64,000 nucleotides of DNA from Anolis carolinensis (lineage: Eukaryota). Under the pieces are notes generated by a model. That model saw nothing but the letters and a program-made list of their open reading frames with translations. It ran no database searches and was not told the origin of the DNA. The position numbers were made by a program, and so were the translations under genes. The stretch lies in assembly GCF_035594765.1 (NCBI RefSeq), contig NC_085841.1, forward strand, positions 247,400,689 to 247,464,688, in the 5' to 3' direction. Position 1 is the first letter of the stretch, and each line of letters begins with the position of its first letter. Positions 13,126 to 25,738 of this stretch are shown here, piece by piece.

Positions 13126-15069
13126 ACTCCGATAGAAAAGGAAGTTCTTTTCTATCGTTCTTTGCAATCAAATGTACAAGTCTGTGTGTAATAAACATGC
13201 AAGCCTCTGACTTGCCTTCAAAATGCAAGTTAATTAATCTAGTGTAAATTAACATGCCAAAAGATCTGCTTCCCTTCTTATACCCAAATGCCTTGCTAAC
13301 TAAAATTTTATTCTTTGCTTAGAGTTATGTTTTAAATCTTAGTAAAGATGTGTAGATGAAAGGTTGTTCTTAGTAAATATTTTCTTTTCTTTCCTTTTTG
13401 GAAAAAGAGTATTGGTGTTTGTAAATCTGTTTTGCTAAAACTGCTTTAACTTCAATTGATTTCCCAGTGCAAGAGTTGTTTGCAACGTATGTTGCAAGCG
13501 GAATGTAGACAAGATCTAATTAATCTTCCTGTGTAGTTGAACACCCGCAGTGTTGCATTCATATCATCTTTTTCTATGCCCCAGAAAAATCTCTCTCAGT
13601 CAGAAATATCTTTCTGATCCATAAATACAAGTAGAAGGGTTTATATTCAGGACAGTTCTTAAATAAATCTGTGCAAATAGCACAATACTATACTTATCAT
13701 TATTATTTTTGGAAGTTATAAATCATTTATAAGAAATAAGAGTTATAATTATTGAGGTATATGATTTGGCTTTTTCTTAAGTGTGTAGTATAGGATTTAA
13801 ACTACACATCAATGCTGATAAGTTTGATCAAGTAGGTGCAGTGGTTCTGGTATTCTAAGTCCAAGTTCCACAAAATATGTTGTATACATGTAAAATAATT
13901 CAGGATAATGCTGATGTTGGGCAACTGATTAATATAGTGGCTTGATCTTTCTATATATTTTGATATCATACTACTTACATAGTGCCTGTTAAGCGGAAAT
14001 ATGTGGACTGGGCCTCACTCCATTCATAGGGAAGGTGCTCTTGCACTCTTTTGATAAGGAACGATTTGACCTTTTTATCATTATGTAACAAAGCTGGGAA
14101 TACAAAGGCCAATCGCTTGCAAGTCACCTCTCTTGGCAAAGAATGGTAAACTGTCATTTCAAACTTCCCTTTGTATAGTAAAGATAACATTCCTTGTCTC
14201 GAGAACAATTTAAATCCCATTCATTCATAATTTTACAGTTCTCACCTTCCATTACATCCCCCTCCAAATAGCTATGCATGCAAAATAATAATGTTTCATT
14301 GATCATAAGGTGGGTTCTTTTTCAACAATATCAACAATATTAGTAACATTAGTTTTAATCTGTCAATGTGAATATAGCTTTCCTATGATGAAAAACTACC
14401 AGCTTTTTCAGGAATGATAATCAAAATCTGATTCCCAAACTACAATTTCTTTAAATTAAAATTTCAGATTTTGCCCCTAACCTGCCCAGTGCCGTATACA
14501 TATTTTTCCTGCTCTTTATTTTATCAACAGTTACAGCCAACTGTCTTTCGTAGGATGCATCCTTCAGTAGAGCTGGCATTCCTCTAATTCTTAGGTGAAA
14601 ATTTCAAACCATTTGAAAATCTTAGGTGAACTTCTGTATGACTGTTTCAGTAAATATTTGGCAAGAGTTTTTAGAAATGCCTTTTAAATTCAAATGTACT
14701 TACCTGACAGTGTTACCATGAATTTTGAAGAGGATATTTTATCACATTATTCTTTACATTAGTATATCTCAGTTGTCAATGCTAATTTTGCATGCAGAAA
14801 TATTAATGATAATTATAAACCTTTGGCCGTAGGATATCCCAATCAGTGTTCATTTGAGAAATGCATACTATTAGTGTGAGGTGGTAGAAAATGACTTATA
14901 AACATACTTCTGAATAGCATCCTCAAATGAGGATTTAAAAATTAAGAGTTTTTAATATGGGTTACTGAAAGTTCCAAAGTAGATTTTCCAGATTCCTATC
15001 TCAAAGTATTTTTGTCAAAAAGTAATACCTAGGTGAGTACCCAGCAGGACCCATCAAGAATACTGATAT

Positions 15070-15246
15070 AGGCAGTCCCCAGGTTATAAACAAAATAAGT
15101 TCTGTAGGTTTGTTCTTCAGTTGAATTTGTATGTAAGATGGAACACATTTTTAAGTGTAACTTCATCTAAACAAACATATATATCACCCCCATTCTTAAC
15201 TATGAATTGTTTGTAATTCGGATGTCTGTAATTCAGGGACTATCAG
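15070..15246. mobile_element. Tigger-like MITE remnant (AGGCAGTCCCC..GTTA ends)
   Basis: Related copies at ~31914-32180 and ~52655-52960; degenerate TIRs. Confidence 0.55.
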
Positions 15247-16356
15247 TACTGTATTCCTTTATAACCAGAGACTTTTAACTCACTATACTCTTTCCTAAAA
15301 GAATTAGTAAACAAGATGACATTAACTTGGTATATTAAGTTAGAGATTTTGGTTTGGATTTACAGAACTACATGTACAACAAGGCTACAGTAATTACTAA
15401 AAATTGATGTAAGAAATATATTAGATTAAATAGTCATAACTAGTATATAAATATAAAAGCCAAAAGTGCACCATTTACTAGTAAAATAGAAGAAAAACAG
15501 CTTTGCTTGTGGATAATTATAGTTAAGCATGTCACCCACTCATCTTTAATTTAGAGTTTAATTAGAGACTTAATTTGTCTTAGAGTAGAAGCAAATATAG
15601 TATGTGTAAAAACACTGCAAAGTGGTACAAAGATTTCACTCCATGAGGTTAAGGCATTTCATATTTCATTGGGGACTTCAGATCGCTTCAGGGAGCCAGT
15701 TAAGGATCTAAACATTCTTGAGTTTGTTTGGAAATTTAACACCTCTTAGTTCCTTCATGCATACAGTACCTAAGATACCTGAGAACATGAAAGCTCTAGA
15801 TTTAATTAACCTACCACTGAAAAGCTTATCTGATTGGAGCCAAATCTGTATAGGTTATTACTACTGAGATTAATATCATTGGGAAAAGGCCACTCGGTAT
15901 ATTTGTAACTTTCTAAAACATAATAAAAAATGCAGTGATGAACTCAAAACAGATGTTACTATAGGCACAGCCAAGGGTTTGCAATTGAAAAATAGATTTT
16001 CTTAGAGAATTCATGATTCCTCCAGTCACATCAGTCTATATTTCAAAATATGCAGAAACCATTGACATTCCCCTTGATTTAGTGTATTAATTTGCTGCAA
16101 GTAAAACCAGTAGCCATACGCATAGATATTGCATTACCTACATTAATAGCAAAGACAACCTGTATGTTTAAAAAAAGTAACAAAATATTGATTGCTTATG
16201 TTACAAGAACTTCAGACTCAGTTTAATTGCTGTGTCTTGCCTATCTGAAATAATGATACATGATGAAATACAACTACTATTAAGTCAAAAGGTTATCTTT
16301 TTGTTAATAAAATTATAATGGTAATTTTGTGAACCCATTCTTTCTCTTTCTTTAAG

Positions 16357-16401
16357 GTACCAATATTTTTTGCAAATTAAACAAGACATTCTAACTGGAA
16401 G
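16357..16401 (+). CDS. PTPN4: PTPN4 exon D YQYFLQIKQDILTG(R)
   Basis: Pyrimidine tract + AAG acceptor, GTAAGA donor; 45 nt. Confidence 0.95.
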
Positions 16402-17444
16402 GTAAGAATTGTTTCCTGTGTAGATAATTGTACAGATATTAAATGATTCAGAATCTTATGTGAACAGCGAGGTGGAAAGCTCTAGTTTGACATTGTGATA
16501 GCAAAATGTATGTGAAAGCTGACTTCGTAAACTGGAAAACTTAAAAGTTTGCTATTGTTACATTTGCAGACCTGGAGTCTCACATTCAATACTTGAGGTT
16601 CTTTGTGCAATCCTGATTGTAGATCAGGAAACTTGTCTCCTCACCAAAGAGGTCTGATCAATCAGCCTGTATGTGAATATATTTGAATTTAGTATGTGGA
16701 TATATTTCAGTTCTTTCATCTTCTTCTCCATTAGGAGAAAGCCAACTTGATTTTGAACACCCATCAATTTTGACAAGAGGTCATTGAAATCAAAATAAAA
16801 TGTGGCCATCATGAGCCTATACCTCATTCTGTGCAATGTAAATCCTCCCTGTTAACATGTCTATAAAACAAACCAGGAAGGATTTGTTTAATGTGTCATC
16901 CAAAGTGTGGGGTACCAGCTTTTCCCAAAAGGACAAGCTGAATGAATGACATGGTAAAACAAATCCTTCTTCACATATTCTATTTTTTGTTTATTAGTTA
17001 ATGTATTTATATACAGTCCCGTACCTTACAATCCAAGGACAACATAAACTAGTTTATGCCAGTTTTGCCAGTTTGAAGAGAATTAAACACTGTGAATTTA
17101 AACAAGCTAAAAACATATTAAACATTTTGACTGGTTAAAACAAGGCTAGTAAAATGAGTCCTTTTCTAAGCCATGAAGCATATGCAGATGTGGATAACAT
17201 CATTTGGGTGCCAGAAGCTTTTGTAAAGAATCATACTTTTACATGGCACTGGAGTGACACCAGGGTAGGATCCAGTCTTGGGTCATTACAGCTGTGAAGG
17301 CCCACTACCATTTATTCCAAGTGGTGAGATATAGAGGAGACCCCCCCACTGAAGAGCTCTGTCTTCAGGCAAGCGTATGTTTTCAAGTCATGTTATCTGG
17401 AAGGAGCAATACAGTCATGAACAATATACATGAATTAGCATGTA

Positions 17445-17897
17445 CAGTAGAATCTCACTTATCCAACATAAATGGGCCGGCAGAATGTTGGATAAACAAA
17501 AATGTTGGATAATAAGGAGAGATTAAGGGAAAGCCTATTAAACGTCAAATTACATTATGATTTTACAAATTAAGCACCAAAACATCATGTTTTACAACAA
17601 ATCAACAGAAAAAGCAGTTCAATACATGGTAATGTTATGTAGTAATTACTGTATTTATGAATTTAGCACCAAAACATCGCAATGTATTGAAAACATTGGC
17701 TACTAACAAATTGACTACAAATAAAGCTACAATTTCATAAAATGAATTTATAGTAACAACACTGTCAGAAGTTAAATCCATAAAATGTTTAGTCCTTACT
17801 ACCTAGAGAAACAGCTGTGGGTCTGGGCGGGAGGCAGACTGTGTTGAATAATCCAGAATGTTGGATAAGTGAAGGTTGGATAAGTGAGATTCTACTG
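17445..17897. mobile_element. Tc1/mariner MITE (long variant)
   Basis: TIR CAGTAGAATCTCACTTATCCAAC at both ends, TA TSD. Confidence 0.9.
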
Positions 17898-18211
17898 TAG
17901 TTTGTTAAAGAAAGACCAGGATATTCTGTAAGTCTTTGTTTTATTGTTCTGTGCAAATACTGTTGGTTGATGTCAAAATATGTGTATTTAAACATTCAGA
18001 AAGCAATTAAAAGTTGTGGTTGTTGTTTTGTTACGACAGGCCTATATGTAAAAATGCAAACATTTCTAAAGGTTAACACTTTTACATATTTGGCTGCCTT
18101 AAAATGACAATTCAGTGTTTTTAATTGTTCATTCAGAATTCTAAGAAATTTGAAAACTATGTGTTGTTAAACATTACTGTGCAAATAATATGTGTATTTT
18201 TGTGTTCATAG

Positions 18212-18264
18212 GTTGTCCTGCCCTTATAATACTGCTGCACTCTTGGCTTCTTATGCTGCTCAGT
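18212..18264 (+). CDS. PTPN4: PTPN4 exon E LSCPYNTAALLASYAAQ(S)
   Basis: CATAG acceptor, GTAAGT donor; 53 nt. Confidence 0.95.
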
Positions 18265-18910
18265 GTAAGTAAATTATTTTATTAGTTCAGTTCTTTTAAA
18301 AAAATATTTTTAGTGTCTGTTATCATTTTTGCCTGCTCCTATGGTTTTCCCAATTTTGTGTTATTTAGTCAACTATATTATGTTATGTAGAACAGATAAG
18401 TTTATAAAAAGCGTTTAAATCACTTAATCTTGCATTTTTGTATGTTTCTCTTTGCTTACACAAGGCCCCTCAAAAAAGCAGGTGTTTCAGAAACTTTCCA
18501 GGCTGTCAGCATACTTTCTATCTTTTTAGAAATACGTAGTAGCTAGGAAAGAAGGAGGAAATTCCCCCCTCCATTTTTGTATATTCTCTCTGGGTTAGAT
18601 ACAGGTGACGCCCAATGGAGGATTGTTCTGCACTTGCCCTTGTGGCTTGTTTCCAGGGCACCCACCCTGCCACTAATGGGTACCTTTGTCAGACACTAGA
18701 CATATGACTAGCCCCATCTCCCAAAAAGCAGAAACAGGCAGCTTGTGGCAAAACATTGGGTTCTGAAGTACTTCAGATATCATATTTCCAGATAAGGGAG
18801 AATCAACCTGCATTGTGCAGAGGAGCATGAAGGGATTTGAAATGTCTAAGCTAGGATAATAGCAGTTGAGAACTCTGATAATACCCAAGTTACCTTTTTT
18901 TAAAACTGCA

Positions 18911-18981
18911 ACAGGGAGCTCTGGCGTGGCCTGGTCTATGAGGTCACAAAGAGTTGAAAGCGACTGAACGAATAAACAGCA
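18911..18981 (+). mobile_element. RTE-clade LINE 3' tip
   Basis: Homologous to 710-780 (ACAGGGAGCTCTGGCGTG..GAGGTCAC..AAGAGT..CGACTGAACGAA). Confidence 0.7.
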
Positions 18982-20200
18982 AAAACCCACCTACCCCTTC
19001 TCTACCAATGTAAATGTCTTTACAATGTCTCACTTTTACAAAACATTTTTGCTTTCCTTCTTTTTTTTCTCCCCCTGATTTTGTTTTTCCTTGGTCAAGG
19101 AAGCAGTCACAATTTTAGAGACTTTTTGGGGTCCCTTAGCCTACTTTCCTTTCATTGATTCTGAGGCAAAATCCTGTACTTTATCGTTAACTATGCCAAT
19201 TGGAATTGAAATAATCATATATTTCCCCATCCAAATACTAACCAGGACTGACTTTCTTAACTTCAAAGATGAAATTTGGTGTTCTTAGGGTATGTAGGCT
19301 ATACTTAGCATGGTATTCAACACAACTTATTTGCTGTGAAGAATATGTTTCCTCTCATTTAAAGAGTTGTCAGTATCAAGCAAATAGGATATTTAATTAG
19401 AGATAAATCACTTGCATTTCAGTCTAAAAATTAATTTAAAAATTGATGCAGAAGCACTATTTTCACTGCTCAAGATTTCTATGACATGTTCTGTAGAGCA
19501 AATGGCTTTGTAAATCCGACTGCAGATTATCCCTTTGCTGCACTTCAGAGAAAGCTCCATTTATACACATGGTGTATTTGCATGTAAATAACTGCTATGG
19601 ATTGCAGACCTGCAAAAACATCTGACACTGTTTTGTTTATGTGACTTTGAAACCTTAATGTGAGAGAACACCCAAGGTCCAAAATAAGACAATATAGTTG
19701 AAGTCACTAAAATATAGAAATTGATGTTATAATTCTATAAAAACCTTTTGTAGTGACTGAAATCAGTAGGGAGGTGATTTCAACTAACTTAAAATGACTC
19801 TTGCATTAAGTACTCTTGTACTCTTTGATGGTACTGTATTCATCAATAGACTTCCATCAGCAAGACTTCAGAATCCAAAAGAACAGGGAGTTGATCTCTG
19901 CTCCACTCTTGTGTATACCTCTAAAAGTGTTTGTTAAAGACTGAGAAACCCTTTCAAGATCATTTTTCTGGCCTTTCAAAGGGATGGAAAGGAAAGGAGA
20001 AGGAGAAGTAAATTCCTAAAATCTGCCTGTGGGATGATGAATTTAGATTTGCATTTCTAGAAACAGTTCAAACCGTTATTAGGTAATTCTGTACAGTTGT
20101 AAAAATATTTGAGGGAATAAATGTTTTGATACTTTGATTCTTATACTTGCAAAGGGTTGAAATGTGGCTGTTAAATACTGTAGCTTCTTTTAACTTTTAG

Positions 20201-20321
20201 CTGAACTGGGAGACTACAACTTTTCAGAGAACTTCCCAGGCTACCTCTCAGACTACACTTTCATCCCTGGCCAACCTCAAGACTTTGAAAAAGAAGTGTC
20301 CAAACTACATCAGCAGCATAT
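20201..20321 (+). CDS. PTPN4: PTPN4 exon F ELGDYNFSENFPGYLSDYTFIPGQPQDFEKEVSKLHQQH(I)
   Basis: TTTTAG acceptor, GTAAGT donor; 121 nt; FERM ELGDY motif. Confidence 0.96.
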
Positions 20322-20796
20322 GTAAGTATTGCATTAGAAAGAACTGCATGGCTAATTCCATGTTACTAGGTGTACACAAATCAAAAGTTGCTAGCCAAAC
20401 AACTTACTGCAAATATGGCTTACGAAGAAATAACCCACTTAGAGTTTATAGATATTTGACTCAGGGGGCCGGTGGGTGGAAAAACACTAACTTTGGTTAG
20501 GTATTAATTCACTCACATATAACTCTTGCTGTTAATGAAATATATGAAAGTACAGTGCAGTTTAGTAATCACATTGGTGTTTAAAATATTGAAATTACTT
20601 GCAGTGGACCTTGAGTTTTCAGATCTACCTAGAACAAGTCTTTTTAATGAAAAGGTTTATTGGATAACTGAGATAAAACTTTAATCAATTGTTCCAATTT
20701 CCCAATTCCATGAATTTGTGTGGAAAGCATAAAGATATAGACTATCTTCTATGTATTTTGAATGATTTTATGTTCTGCCCATTTTTATCTTTTTAG

Positions 20797-20884
20797 AGGT
20801 TTGTCTCCAGCTGAATCAGAATTTAGTTATCTCAGCACAGCTCGAACCTTAGAACTCTACGGAGTTGAATTGCACTATGCACGG
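20797..20884 (+). CDS. PTPN4: PTPN4 exon G GLSPAESEFSYLSTARTLELYGVELHYAR
   Basis: TTTTAG acceptor, GTAAGC donor; 88 nt; LExYGV motif. Confidence 0.96.
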
Positions 20885-21305
20885 GTAAGCATGAATGGAT
20901 CATTCCTAGCTTGCAAAATATTTGTAGTGTTGTCTTAATAGTGGCCTTCTATGAACTTTGTATTATCCAGGAATTTTTCATGTCTTAGCTAAATGACTGA
21001 ATTTTAGTTAGCAATTCATTAAAAAATATGCTGCACTGTACTAATGAGTGAAATGAAAACAAAATTTCAAGCTACCTGTTTCCCATAAATAATGTCACTG
21101 AAAAACAGTGTTCAGTCTTTTTTTTATAGAATGACATAATGAGACCTATAAAGCTGAAAGCTTCTTTTAAAGGTATTAAAAAGGTTTTAAAATCCAGTTC
21201 AGTTTAGTCGAATATACCTATAAATCAAATAGAATGGACTCATTGAATCAGTCACTGAATTGAACATTGCCTATGCAAATCCAGTTATTTTAATATGTCT
21301 TTTCT

Positions 21306-21537
21306 TTTTTCCCCTTTTTTTCATGTCAGGAGCGACTTGAGAAACTGCAAGTCACTTCTGGTATGAGAGAATTGGCCGTTTGCAAGGACGTTGCCCAGGA
21401 GACACCCAATTGTTTGATGTTTTACCATCCTTGTGGAACGCTTCTCCCAAAGGGAGTTCACCTGCTCTCCCCGGATTCGAACCGCCGACCTGTTGGTCAG
21501 CAGTCCTGCTGGCATCCATTGCTCCACCAGGGGCTCC
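21306..21537 (-). mobile_element. tRNA-derived SINE (AnolisSINE2-like)
   Basis: Minus-strand head GGAGCCCCTGGTGG, B-box GGTTCGAATCC, 3' CTCCTGACATGAAAAAA; TSD ATATGTCT(T/A)TTCT at 21293-21305 and 21538-21550. Confidence 0.85.
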
Positions 21538-22294
21538 ATATGTCTATTCTAATTTAAATGCATAACTGGATTTAAGCCTTAATAGACTGATGTCCTCTAA
21601 TCACTTCCTATGAGTGACTTGCTGTGACTTAGTTTTTATATAGATATTTTGTAGAATTTCATTTCAGTCAAGTTTATGAAATATCAAACTATATTGGTAT
21701 TTGAGATAAATGCACCACACAGCTGGAATAAAAAGATGAGGTTTTTGCATACTCAGTAGATCTGTGCACTATAAAAGGCAGACTTGATATTCTCTGTTCT
21801 TTATACATGTTGAGTATCCCTTGAATGAATATTTTATTCTTTCACATTTTATTTTTTGTTGATAAATACTTTTATGTAAACAAGGCTTCAGTTTTTAAGT
21901 AGCTGGGGGAAAGGTGTGTAATAGGTGTACTGTTTTAAATATTGATATGTTTTTATCTTTGTAAAGTGCTTTATTTGGATTGTGTAATGCATTTGTAATG
22001 TTTTGTGTTATAGATTATTTTAACAATTTTACTTTAACCTATGGTATAAACAGTGTTGGGTCCTGTAATAGGAGAAAAGTGGGATACGAATCAGCCAATC
22101 AATTAATAAATGTATGTAAACTGTTGTATATTTTGGTGCATGGTGGGATGTGTTGCAATCATCAGATTTTCCAGTGGGGTTGTAATTCAGTAAAGGTTTA
22201 AGAACTACTAGTCTAGGGAGATAACTTTGCAAGTTCAACATTCATAGGAAATCAGAGGATGCAGAAACATTTATCTTTTCCCCTCTTTTTGCAG

Positions 22295-22383
22295 GATCAA
22301 AGTAACAATGAAATTATGATTGGAGTAATGTCTGGAGGCATATTAATTTATAAGAATAGGGTACGAATTAACACCTTCCCATG
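22295..22383 (+). CDS. PTPN4: PTPN4 exon H DQSNNEIMIGVMSGGILIYKNRVRINTFP(W)
   Basis: TTTGCAG acceptor, GTAAGG donor; 89 nt. Confidence 0.96.
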
Positions 22384-22527
22384 GTAAGGATATTTATAAG
22401 AAAATGGTTTGCATGCTGTATACTTATTTAGTACTGAATTGCATAATAAAAAAGTAAAAAATCAGCTTTAATCAGATACTTTAAAAGTATATTTTTCCAT
22501 TATTGGAAATGGCATATACAATTTGCT

Positions 22528-23297
22528 ATACACACAAACGATTGTCTATGTACAAAGAAAATGTGTCCAAATGACATATATTGTTACAGTTCCCCGTACA
22601 AAGCTCAATTTGGCCGTACCCGACAAAATGAAAAGGAGCAACAGCTCTAACACAAAAGTTATTCAAGTCTGGTATTGGTTCCAAAATAATGATGGAGCAC
22701 CGCTCTCAAAAAAGTCTTCAAAAGTAAAGTCCAAATAAAGTCCCAAGTCTACAGGGGTCCCGGGTATTTTTGACCCTGTTTCAGGGAAAAACCCCTTCTT
22801 CAGGAGTTGTTAAACCCAGCAACAATGAATTTCTATCTAAAACAAAACATAGAGTAACAAGTATTTTACCAGCAGTATTAACAGAAGTAAAGGTAACCCA
22901 TATAACAGTATTATACTTACATAGTGCTAAATGTTTTCACTGAGTGACTCTGCTTGTGGTGATTTCAACTGCGACAATTACTGAGAATTTTTGAGAGCGG
23001 TGCTCCACCATTATTTTCTTCAATCCAGTATACAGCAACACGACCAACCATCTGTTTGGAAGATATTTTCATTGACTGTATCCCTGAAGCCTATATGTAT
23101 TGGAACCAATACCAGACTTGAATAACTTTTGTGTTAGAGCTGTTGCTCCTTTTCATTTTGTCGGGTACGGCCAAATTGAGCTTTGTATGGGGAACTGTAA
23201 CAATATATTTCATTTGGACACATTTTCTTTGTACATAGACAATCGTTTGTGTGTATAGATACTTTACAAGTATTCTGGGACTTTGTATAGTAGTAGT
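22528..23297. mobile_element. Penelope-like (PLE) non-coding remnant with inverted terminal segments
   Basis: 14-bp TSD ATATACAATTTGCT (22514-22527, 23298-23311); 159-bp inverted arms; (TAG)n end; internal hammerhead fold and GT-AG intron on the minus strand. PLE assignment is inferred from this architecture. Confidence 0.7.
22744..22809 (-). ncRNA. Type I hammerhead ribozyme motif
   Basis: Minus strand: CAACUC-CUGAAGA-AGGG GUUUUU CCCU-GAAA-CAGGGUC AAAAAUACCCGG GACCCCUG-UA^GACUUG; complete core with three stems and a GUA cleavage triplet. Confidence 0.75.
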
Positions 23298-24399
23298 ATA
23301 TACAATTTGCTGTCAAACTGAACAAATATACAACATGGCTCCAATAGTATTATTATTCAGAATTTTCAAAGCTTAATTTTTTATGAAATTAGATTAATGC
23401 TGTCCCCTCTGTATATTTATTTATTAAATGTATATGTCAGCTAGGTGTGTGATTATAATGTTGTTGGAATAACAATGAATAGATATAGATATAGATAGAT
23501 TCAAATAATGATGTGCAGAAATCTGCAAATGCAGCAGATCTTTCCCTGCACCATTTCCTGTGGCAGCCCTCAAAACTACTTCTGAATATTGTTGGCTTTT
23601 TCTGAGCCATAGCTGGGTATGAAGGTCATTCAGAAAGCGAAATCAGCAGCCCTCCTTCAAAAAAGACCAGACTTTATGGATCTATCCATTGAATTGATAA
23701 AAGTTCCAACAAAGTAAACACTATGTATTTTAGATAAAACTTCAAAATGGGACCAAGTTTGGAAGCAAGACTAGTCTGTGGCTTCATTGGTTAGGAAATC
23801 AGCTAGGTCTTGGGAACACTGGCCAAGATTCTGTGTATTTTAGCATCATTTAAATATACTCAAGTGTAATTGCACTGGATCCCACAGTTGTGCAACTGAT
23901 TGTATAACAGGCATTATAGTTTTGAGATCTTCCATTGTGCAATTGTCAATTAGCTTCCCACCCACCAGGTTGGAAATGAGAGAGAGGATTCTGTGTGCAC
24001 TGGTGGAATAATTGACTGCAATAGAACAACACCAGGGAAAGTGCAACTGCTTATGCCGTGATTTTATGCTAGAGCGGTGCCGCAACAGGATTCCCAGCAT
24101 TGCAAGTGTTGTTCCCATCACATGGTTCCAAAGGGCCATGTGAAAATATACTGTATACATAGAACAATTTCAGCCTTGTTGTCTTGGTGGCAATGCAAAT
24201 CCCTATCTATCCAGATATTCAAAATGGAGGGAGATTGCTTCAGCAAAGCTTCATGCAGTGTAAGTATCTGCCACAGTAAGAATAAACTCATTGAATCAAT
24301 TGCTGAATTCCCTATCTATTTGCATTTAGGGTTGTGCTAATCATTCAAAGATGGATTGATTACTTATTTTCCAAAATAAAAAACCCTCCAAAATTATCC

Positions 24400-24685
24400 A
24401 TATACAGTAGATGGCTGAGAATGTGGCACCTTTACTTTCTTATAGTTTTGTGAATACACACATGGCTTTATGTACAAAAGTATAAAAATGTTATAAATAA
24501 AATTATTTTCAGACTACGTGTGTAAGGTGTATATGAAACATCAATGCATTTCGTGTTTAGGCCTGAGTCCCATCGCCAAGATATCTCATTATGTATAAGC
24601 ATGTATTACAAAATACCAGAACAATTCAGATATTTGGAATATTCCTGGTCCCAAGCATTTCAGATAAGGGATGCTCAACCGATAT
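24400..24685. mobile_element. Tigger4/MER46-like MITE remnant
   Basis: End CTGGTCCCAAGCATTTCAGATAAGGGATGCTCAACC; sister copy at 42342-42658. Confidence 0.6.
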
Positions 24686-24846
24686 ACTATAGAGATGATG
24701 TTATAATAAATGATTAAACACACCAGAAAGAAATTAATACATTGAAATAAACACCTGAAGTGTCAGAAAGATCCTTTCTACATTATTTGAAAGCCAAGGC
24801 ACAACTGAATTTCTCTCTCTGGAAGCTTCCCCTTTACATCTTAGAG

Positions 24847-25738
24847 CAGGGGTCCCCAAACTAAGGCCCGGGGGCCAGATGTGGCCCTCCAAGGTCATTT
24901 GCCTGGCCCCTGTCCTAAATTTTAGACTTAGGGTTGACCTAAGTCTTCCTGGTCTTTGGAGGTCTCTTTGGTTACTTATGGTCTTATGAGATCGTCTAGA
25001 TCAGGGGTCCCCAAACAAAGGCCCGGGGGCCAGATGCGGCCCTCCAAGGTCATTTGCCTGGCCCCTGCCCTCAGTTTTATAATATAATATTTTTATATCA
25101 GCTTTAATAATATAATATTGTACATACATATAATATTGATAGAACTATTATAATGTAATACAATGTAATACTAATAATAATACCATATAATAATATTAAT
25201 TATATATTATATATTACATGTAATATTACTAATAATATTACAATATAGTGGTATAATTCAATATAGTAATATATAATGCTAATATTGTTCTATGTTAATA
25301 ATATAATATATTGTATATAGATATAAATTGTAAGCCGCTCTGAGTCCCCTTCAGGGTGAGAAGGACAGGATATAAATGTAGTAAATAAATAATAAATAAA
25401 TAAATAAATAAATTTTTGACTTAGGCTCACCCAAAATCTGAAATGACTTGAAGGCACACAACAACAATAATTCTAATTAACTTGACTATCTTGTTGGCCA
25501 GAAGCAAGTCCACACTTCCCATTGAAATCCTGATCGGTTTGAGTTGGTTAAAATTGTATTTATTTTTAAATATTGTATTTTTCTTTCATTGTTGTTGTTG
25601 TTTTTGCACTCCAAATAGGACATATGCAGTGTGCATAGGAATTTGTTCATTTTTTTCTTCTTCAAATGATCATTCGGCCCCTCCACAGTCTGAAGGATTG
25701 TGGACCGGCCCTCTGCTTTAAAAGTTTGAGGACCCCAG
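24847..25738. mobile_element. Non-autonomous hAT element with a duplicated left end
   Basis: TIR CAGGGGTCCCCAAACT ... AGTTTGAGGACCCCAG; perfect TSD TCTTAGAG (24839-24846, 25739-25746); second left end at 25002; internal AT-rich tract and L2-type tail. Confidence 0.85.

Noticed and set aside
23846-24160. ORF containing CTMEDL..P....VAQLW resembling a Vingi/Ingi LINE C-terminus
   Set aside because: Similarity is limited to a few residues, with no tail, TSD or upstream motifs visible. Cannot be supported without a search.
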